Below, one piece after another: positions 57,697-64,000 of a stretch of DNA of 64,000 bases. Each line of letters begins with the position of its first letter. Positions within the stretch are counted from its first letter, which is position 1. The stretch is from an uncultured bacterium (GTDB lineage: Bacteria; Oederibacteriota; JAAXVQ01; JAUVAV01): assembly GCA_963710755.1 (NCBI GenBank), contig CAVQBK010000003.1, positions 192,001 through 256,000 on the forward strand, written 5' to 3'. The notes under the pieces were generated by a model that saw nothing but the letters and a program-made list of their open reading frames with translations, searched no databases and had not been told where the DNA came from. Made by a program: the position numbers and the translations under genes.

Positions 57697-58244
57697 TCCA
57701 AAAATTGCTTTGCTTTATTAAAGCGGTGAATGTCCTTTTCAATTTCTTTTATAACTTGTGTGGATTTCCCAACGGCTCTAAAAATATCTTCGATTTCAAT
57801 GGGTTTTGATGAACCTTCGGGGTCTTGCCACTCTTTTAAATACCTATGACAGTATTTTTCAATTTGCCACTGATTAAAATGCCTAAACTTGTGTGAAACT
57901 TTTTCTATTAGCTCTATCTCTCTTTCGCTTAACTCTCCATCCTCACATTCATTATGAGCGGAAACGTTATAATTATTCCGCACTATATGTTTATGCCAAT
58001 AGGAGTCTTCCCCTGGTTTTGGTTTATAATTAATAGTATCCAATATTTCACTTACAACTGGACCATGAGGCAATGAAAAATACCTGTCACAAGTAATAGG
58101 TGCTTCCCATTTTTTCAAAGCTTCCCTGTCTGCAATATATAGAAGCTTGATTAGCTTCATATAGTTAATACGCCCACCTTCTTTTTTAATAAAATGGCAG
58201 GCTGCTTGTGTTGCTTTTTTAATATCAAACTCGAATTGGATCAT
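57687..58244 (-). CDS. Panacea (DUF4065/SocA-like) antitoxin
   Basis: KLIKLLYIADR...PITCDRYFSLPHGPV...H..LKEW. Confidence 0.85.
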   Translation of the reverse strand: MIQFEFDIKKATQAACHFIKKEGGRINYMKLIKLLYIADREALKKWEAPITCDRYFSLPHGPVVSEILDTINYKPKPGEDSYWHKHIVRNNYNVSAHNECEDGELSEREIELIEKVSHKFRHFNQWQIEKYCHRYLKEWQDPEGSSKPIEIEDIFRAVGKSTQVIKEIEKDIHRFNKAKQFLECH

Positions 58245-58354
58245 TTTAACCGCCCCTTATTTACCCGAATTCGGCCCAATTTCTAGTGAATTCGCCTACA
58301 CTTTCATAATAGTTTCGTCTCAATAGTTGATATTGTTTAGACCCTGATTTGACT

Positions 58355-58380
58355 TTAAATACCGCTTAAGCGGTATTTAA
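58355..58380. promoter_or_regulatory. 26-bp perfect palindrome upstream of the Panacea operon
   Basis: TTAAATACCGCTTAAGCGGTATTTAA. Confidence 0.5.
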
Positions 58381-58589
58381 CTATATAGAAGTATAGCATA
58401 CGCCCCGATATAAACACAACATATTGTCCAGCTCACCCAAGTTGCCTAAAGCCATTTGTCGTATCCAACCAGTATTAAACCCTTATAAATCAACGGTTTT
58501 CCCTCATCCAGAGTGCGCCTTCTCGACGCTATCCATCATGTCATCCTTTTTTGAATTCTCGCCCCTGAAGGTTCTGCACTGTAATGTTG

Positions 58590-58808
58590 GTTCTAGGGGA
58601 CGTTAACAACTTAACAACTTTATATTTTTCCGTTCACAAATCTCCCTTCCTTTTTCGAACCATTTCGATACCGCTTGTTCTTTGGCGCTCACTTAAATGT
58701 CTGTCACCCTGGTAAATTCAGTCGTTTTTGTCGTGGCATGGCGTAATTATAACTGCATTTATTTGGAACTGTCTATTAAGTTGTTATGTTGTTAACGTCC
58801 CCTAGAAC
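58590..58808 (-). mobile_element. 219-bp miniature element (copy 3)
   Basis: Direct repeat of copy 2 with a few substitutions. Confidence 0.85.
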
Positions 58809-58816
58809 ACAGACCC

Positions 58817-58860
58817 GGGTATCCGGGACGAGCCTAACTGATTAACTTAAGCTTCTTGTT
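58817..58860 (+). repeat. Second-family RAYT-like end (GGGTATCCGGGACGAGCCTAACTGATTAACTTAAGCTT)
   Basis: Related copies at 63956-64000 and 45898-45916. Confidence 0.6.
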
Positions 58861-58889
58861 CCCCACTATTTCCACGCCCTCGCCGGCTC

Positions 58890-59117
58890 TTATTTTTTAT
58901 CCGCCTTGCCCGGCTGATCCCCTTGGGTGCTGATATGCACGCCGGGCACGGAAACATCGGTGTTGCCATTGTCATCGGTACTGATATGCACCCCGGGCAG
59001 GTTCACGCGCACGCCCTGATCGGATACGTGGATGCCCACCATGCCATTGCTTTTTGAACCGCAGGCCGCGAGACCCACCAAACTCATCCCCACCAAAACC
59101 CACGCCATTATTTTCAT
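58890..59117 (-). CDS. Small lipoprotein
   Basis: Lipobox LAAC; tandem PGVHIST repeat; RBS GGAGG. Confidence 0.7.
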   Translation of the reverse strand: MKIMAWVLVGMSLVGLAACGSKSNGMVGIHVSDQGVRVNLPGVHISTDDNGNTDVSVPGVHISTQGDQPGKADKK

Positions 59118-59291
59118 GCCCGCCTCCGAAATTAAGATAGATTATGCTTCTGGTCACATGTCTTCAGTATCGGAAAATAGAAATCAAACTCAACGCTGAG
59201 CATCCGGCATGCCTTCGCTCCACCGGCGAGAAAACTTCAATGCCAGATAGCGCCTTTTCCCCATAGCCTTGGCCTGCTTGCGGAATGCTTT

Positions 59292-60662
59292 TTACCGATC
59301 CCCCTGGACCGCCTCTTCATTCAGCAGGCCTTCAATATTCTCAACAACTAAAAAATTCAGCTCTTTGCCTCGTTTACGCTCCTCTAAAAACCCTTTCTTG
59401 GCCAGATCCAACAAATCCGACCGGGCCGTGCCCCAGGAGATGGCATTTGAATTTTGATAGTTTTTAATGGTATAGGCAAAGTCCTTATGGTTGATGGCAT
59501 GATTTAACAGATCGATCTGCCGATAGTTTAAATCCTCTCTTCTTTTTATCCTGGTTCTGAGCCGATGATAGTTAACCACTTTCTTTTCAACATAGGCTTC
59601 CAGCGCTTCGATACTTTTTCGAATAATACTTAGATGATAATAAATAAAATAATTTAAATCTCCGCCGTCGCATTCGGTATTTAAATAAGCCCTTTTATAT
59701 TGGCCTTTGGATTGATTGATCATTTCCGAAATGGAAACATATTCAAATAATTTATACTGCTTGCTAATCAGGTACCAATAAAACAATCCCCGGGCCGTCC
59801 GGCCGTTGCCGTCGGTAAAGGGATGGATATAACCGATCATAAAGTGGAGGATAATGGCTTTTATAACCGGGTGAACGAACTCCTGGTCGTCATTGGCAAA
59901 GTCACATAAGGCCTGGATTCTCTGCTCCACTTCTGCATAAGGGGGCGGTATAAACAAGACTTCCTGGTCCGCATCATGTACATTAACCTGTTCTTTTCTA
60001 AAAGAACCTTCTTCCTCAGGATTTTCCAACAACCCGGCAGTTAAATCTTGATGTATTTTTTTAATTAATTCCGGGGAGAGCTTTTGGGTTTTATACTGCT
60101 TGGTTATTTTAATAATCGCACTATAGTTATTGATGATCATTTTTTCATCCTGCGTTTTTGGTTTCTTGCCGGCCTTGATCATTTCCTTGGCTTGTTTGCG
60201 CGTGGTGGCCGCGCCTTCTATTTGGGATGAAGTGATGGCTTCTTCCATCAACGCGTGTATGATTCTTTGTTTCAGCCATTCTTCCTTGTGGTCTTCTTCG
60301 CCGGCATTTTGAAAAACCATATTATCCGAAAGATGGATATCGACATAGTGGATCTCTTTTAAGATGCTGTTGGTTAATTTATAGGAAAAGGGGCTATTTT
60401 TAATATCCACCAAGCCCTTGGTTTCCAGACTCTGCGAACGTAAAAAAATTTTCATATAAAGCCATAAGGTTAAATGATCATAACTGCTTTCCGGTAAGGG
60501 ACTATTAGAGAACTTGTTCCAGGTCCAGTACTCTTCATAGGCTTGATTAAGAAAAATGCTTAGTTCTTTTTTCGCGTGAAGCTGTTTATGAATCGTCAAT
60601 AACGTCATCATTAAATCATCATTGAGCTTTTCCACTATATTGGGAAAGTATGGTTTTTGCAC
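59292..60662 (-). CDS. Fic family protein with C-terminal wHTH
   Basis: HPFTDGNGRTAR catalytic motif; inhibitory TSSQIEG motif. Confidence 0.9.
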   Translation of the reverse strand: MQKPYFPNIVEKLNDDLMMTLLTIHKQLHAKKELSIFLNQAYEEYWTWNKFSNSPLPESSYDHLTLWLYMKIFLRSQSLETKGLVDIKNSPFSYKLTNSILKEIHYVDIHLSDNMVFQNAGEEDHKEEWLKQRIIHALMEEAITSSQIEGAATTRKQAKEMIKAGKKPKTQDEKMIINNYSAIIKITKQYKTQKLSPELIKKIHQDLTAGLLENPEEEGSFRKEQVNVHDADQEVLFIPPPYAEVEQRIQALCDFANDDQEFVHPVIKAIILHFMIGYIHPFTDGNGRTARGLFYWYLISKQYKLFEYVSISEMINQSKGQYKRAYLNTECDGGDLNYFIYYHLSIIRKSIEALEAYVEKKVVNYHRLRTRIKRREDLNYRQIDLLNHAINHKDFAYTIKNYQNSNAISWGTARSDLLDLAKKGFLEERKRGKELNFLVVENIEGLLNEEAVQGDR

Positions 60663-61000
60663 TTTAATGCACCTTTTTCTATCAATTTATAAATTTTTAA
60701 TACTTGTTAACACTATATCAACAAAATCTATCAATTTAAATAAAATTAATACTTTGTTATATTTAACTATTAATATTTATTAGTTTTTAAATTTTTGATA
60801 CTTTGCTTGATGAATTTAGGATTAATTAAATTAAAAGACATTTTCATTTAATTAATTTTGGTTAAGTAAAAGAAGGCTTAATTATTAAGACGCTAATTAA
60901 AGGAATCTCAGTGGATAGCACCAAAATTACCGCATATATTTTTATCCGGTCGAAAAATCGGTGGCTGGCGCCAAAACCCCGACTCTATGATTGGCCGTCC

Positions 61001-62158
61001 TCACTCTACGCCTTCATTCAACAGCCCTATATACGCACTGTAGGCATATATCCTACCCCGCTGTTTACCGCTGATTTCTTTGACGATCCCCAAACGCTCA
61101 AGCTGATTAAAGGCCGACACAATGGTGGGGGTGGTCAGGCCTGTCAGCTTTTTCATTTTTTTAATCGATAAAATGAGATGTTGCTCCATTTCACGGTGGA
61201 GGCGGAGGGCCGTGGTGGCACCTCTGCCGGTCTGCTGCAGGGCTTGCCGGTCTTGATTAACCAAAGCCATTAGTCTCTTGGCTGTATCCACGGCATTGCC
61301 CGCTGTTTCAATGAGGCCATCGGCAAAGAAGTCGAGCCAACTTTCCCAGTCTCCTTCAAGGCGCACCTGCTCCAGCAACTTGTAATACATCTCTTTATGT
61401 TTTTTAAAGTAAAGACTCATATACAGCATGGGCTGGGATAGTATTTTTTCTGTATATAATAATAATGTAATCAGCAACCTGCCGATACGGCCGTTGCCAT
61501 CCAAAAAGGGATGGATCGTTTCAAACTGCACATGGGCCAGCGCCACTTTGATTAAAGCCGGTGTTCTGGTTTCCGCATTATGCAGGTACTTTTCAAAAGC
61601 ATCAAGACACTCCATTAATAATTCCGGCGGTGGGGGCACAAAGCCGGCATTGCCCGGTCTGGTGCCGCCCACCCAATTTTGACTTTTTCTGAATTCTCCG
61701 GGATTTTTACCGGCCCCCCTTCCCTGGGATAACAGCACTTGGTGTATTTCCCGGATAAGACGCAATGACAGAGGAAACCCTTCTTCCATCCGTTTTAACC
61801 CATGATTGAGTGCAGCGACATATTGAGAAACTTCCTCCACATCATCGATTGGTACCCCGGGCATGGCTTCCGATTCATAAATGAGCAAATCTGAAAGGGA
61901 CGATTGCGTGCCTTCGATCCTGGAGGACATCACCGCCTCTTTACGGATATAAGCATATATAAAATAGGTAATATCGGGCAACAAGATCGCCGCACTGTCG
62001 AGCCGTCCTAAGCTGATTAAAGCCTGATCCAGTTTCAGACGTAAACCATCGTCAATAGCCAATTTCTTAAAATCCGGTATGGGATAGGGGACAAAGGCCT
62101 TGACCTGTTCATCATAAACAGTTGTTGTAATATATCGTCCTGTTACCTCTTTAGTCAT
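61001..62158 (-). CDS. Fic family protein
   Basis: HPFLDGNGRIGR; SSRIEG. Confidence 0.92.
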   Translation of the reverse strand: MTKEVTGRYITTTVYDEQVKAFVPYPIPDFKKLAIDDGLRLKLDQALISLGRLDSAAILLPDITYFIYAYIRKEAVMSSRIEGTQSSLSDLLIYESEAMPGVPIDDVEEVSQYVAALNHGLKRMEEGFPLSLRLIREIHQVLLSQGRGAGKNPGEFRKSQNWVGGTRPGNAGFVPPPPELLMECLDAFEKYLHNAETRTPALIKVALAHVQFETIHPFLDGNGRIGRLLITLLLYTEKILSQPMLYMSLYFKKHKEMYYKLLEQVRLEGDWESWLDFFADGLIETAGNAVDTAKRLMALVNQDRQALQQTGRGATTALRLHREMEQHLILSIKKMKKLTGLTTPTIVSAFNQLERLGIVKEISGKQRGRIYAYSAYIGLLNEGVE

Positions 62159-62348
62159 GACATCCTCTTAATTAAAGTATATCGGATTTAGATTTAATTA
62201 AATTTATTTTAGTAAAAGAAAGCTTATTTGGCAACTTATTAATTAAAGTATAACTGTTTTTCTTTTAATTAATAGAAAATAACGCTGGAGACGCCATATT
62301 TATTTGCCATGACTGTTCTAGTCAATAGGGTCGGGAAATTGGTGGCTG

Positions 62349-62534
62349 TTACCGGTTGCGCCTATAATTTTCCACGCTGCGGTCATAGGTCTTTTCCGCT
62401 TTGGCGTCAAAATAACAAGCCGGCAATTCGCCCCTCTTGCGGTGATAGTGAAGGCATTCACAGCAGAGGCCCTTGCGGGAACAGGGGTAGGAACAATTGC
62501 AGTCGTTTCTATTATGCTCTTGTTTGCATTCCAC
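62349..62534 (-). CDS. Small Cys-rich protein (DUF6485-like)
   Basis: [21 protein letters not shown]...LPACYF. Confidence 0.7.
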   Translation of the reverse strand: MECKQEHNRNDCNCSYPCSRKGLCCECLHYHRKRGELPACYFDAKAEKTYDRSVENYRRNR

Positions 62535-62656
62535 CGGCTGATCTCCCCTACAAAAATCTTTCTTCCATTCCGGCGTTTGATAACACGAATATGGATCTTA
62601 TTTGACCCTTCGAATGCCGGGAGCCTTCGCGCTTGGCATCCCTTAAAGCTGCTGCT

Positions 62657-63751
62657 TCATTTAATTTCATCTTTCACTTCCGGAACCCGTATAAATAAAT
62701 TAAACAACTTGTGATTGATATAATAAATCGAATTGCCCATCTTCTTTTTCTTTAAAAATCCACCATCTACCAATTCGTTTAAATATTTTGTGGCCGTGAT
62801 CCTGGTTATGTTTAAATCCCGTTTCAGAAAATCTATTTTCGTATAGGGATGAAAAAATAAATTGTTTAAAAGATCCTGGCTATAAAAGCGGTATTTTTGG
62901 CGAATCTCATGCTTGTAGGCCATCATTAATTCTCTGATTTTCAGGATGATGTGTATGGTTTGACGCGACGTTTGTTCAATCCCGGCAAGTATGAATAAAA
63001 TCCATTCTTCCCAAGCTTCCCGATCCCGTACGGCTTGTAAAAGACGATAATAATCATTTTTATTTTTAATAATGTATCGGCTGAGGTACAGCACCGGTAT
63101 GTTTAATAACTTTTTTTGAACCAAATATAAAATATTGAGGATGCGTCCTGTCCTTCCATTGCCGTCATAAAAAGGATGGATGCTTTCAAATTGATGGTGA
63201 ATCACCGCCATCTTAATTAAAGGATCTATCGGCGAAATGTGATCATCATTGATATACTTCTCCAAGTTATTCATCAAACGCAAAATATCATCGGCATTTT
63301 GTGGTGGCGTATAGACCGTCTCACCGGTTTGATTATTTTTGAGTTCTGTTCCTGGAAGTTTTCGATATCCGGCCTTATGTTTAACCAATTCAGATTGAAT
63401 TTCCAGTATAGTGTTGCTGGTCAACATGCCGCTCTTTTGCACCAACTGGAATCCTTTTTTCAATGCAATGGCATAATTTTGAACCTCTTTGGTTGCCGGA
63501 CTGGTTTGCATCTCTTTAAAAAGACCAAGTTTAAACAATTCATCTTGGGTGGTAATAATATTTTCAATTGCAGAACTATCCTTAGCTTCCTGAAGGCCTA
63601 ACGAATTGATTAAAATATTTTGATTGGGTATGGTTTGCGAAATGCCTTTTAGTTCTGCTAAATATCTGTGCGCTCGGGCTGCTTTTTTTAATATCTCCTT
63701 TGATTCAAGATCCGCTTTGGGCGGCAGATTATTTAACTGGTACATGGGCAC
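62657..63751 (-). CDS. Fic family protein
   Basis: HPFYDGNGRTGR; SSAIEN. Start may be 63745. Confidence 0.92.
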   Translation of the reverse strand: MPMYQLNNLPPKADLESKEILKKAARAHRYLAELKGISQTIPNQNILINSLGLQEAKDSSAIENIITTQDELFKLGLFKEMQTSPATKEVQNYAIALKKGFQLVQKSGMLTSNTILEIQSELVKHKAGYRKLPGTELKNNQTGETVYTPPQNADDILRLMNNLEKYINDDHISPIDPLIKMAVIHHQFESIHPFYDGNGRTGRILNILYLVQKKLLNIPVLYLSRYIIKNKNDYYRLLQAVRDREAWEEWILFILAGIEQTSRQTIHIILKIRELMMAYKHEIRQKYRFYSQDLLNNLFFHPYTKIDFLKRDLNITRITATKYLNELVDGGFLKKKKMGNSIYYINHKLFNLFIRVPEVKDEIK

Positions 63752-63955
63752 ATTTAACTCCTGGGCGCAGTTATGTATAAAAACATTAAAATTTTATATA
63801 TTGTGCAATAAGTATGTATATTTTTAACCATTTATTATACATGCGATTGTAATTATCCTTTTTTATCAAGCATTTTATGGTACTTCATTTTTATGGTCTT
63901 ATTGCCTTTTTGATCTGAATGTCAATAAAAAAGACGGTTTTTGAAATTGTAGAGG

Positions 63956-64000
63956 GGGTATCGGGGACGCTCTTAACTAATCCAACTTAAGCTTTTTGTT
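63956..64000 (+). repeat. Second-family RAYT-like end at the window edge
   Basis: GGGTATCGGGGACGCTCTTAACTAATCCAACTTAAGCTT, similar to 58817-58860. Confidence 0.55.

Noticed and set aside
58400-58589. Possible gene remnant beside element copy 3
   Set aside because: No frame gives a recognisable protein.
45955-58808. GTT...AAC-bounded repeats as a possible CRISPR array
   Set aside because: The repeats are inverted pairs 219 bp apart with a constant interior. There are no regularly spaced unique spacers and no cas genes.

Overview
The window has three blocks. (1) 1-36 kb: a complete extracellular contractile injection system (eCIS, Afp/PVC-like) on the minus strand: sheath, tube, DUF4255 cap, AAA+ ATPase, CIS-tube/LysM, split VgrG hub and gp5, PAAR-like tip, gp25, two baseplate-J proteins, a tail protein and a DUF6519-like beta-helix protein. 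Four DUF4157 proteins accompany it. All four share an N-terminal CxCDG(G/S)CPxC motif. Two end in related PD-(D/E)xK nuclease-like domains, one carries a Zn-PLC/P1-nuclease-like domain, and one runs off the window edge. (2) 36-42.5 kb: a tautomerase, then a cyoABCD quinol oxidase operon with a degenerate CtaA-like gene and an AT-rich cyoE. (3) 42.5-64 kb: an AT-richer defence/accessory island with HicAB, duplicated SpoVG-like/XRE pairs, a DUF3800-like gene behind a three-helix structured RNA, an Avs-like nuclease-STAND ATPase, sdpRI, a YciI gene behind an attC-like site, a Panacea TA pair and three Fic genes. Most cargo units there sit between related 'GGGAC...TTAAT' ends of RAYT-type (HUH Y1) transposase elements. 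Three near-identical 219-bp inverted-repeat miniature elements keep only the first and last codons of that transposase. All family calls come from motif recognition by eye; no searches were run.
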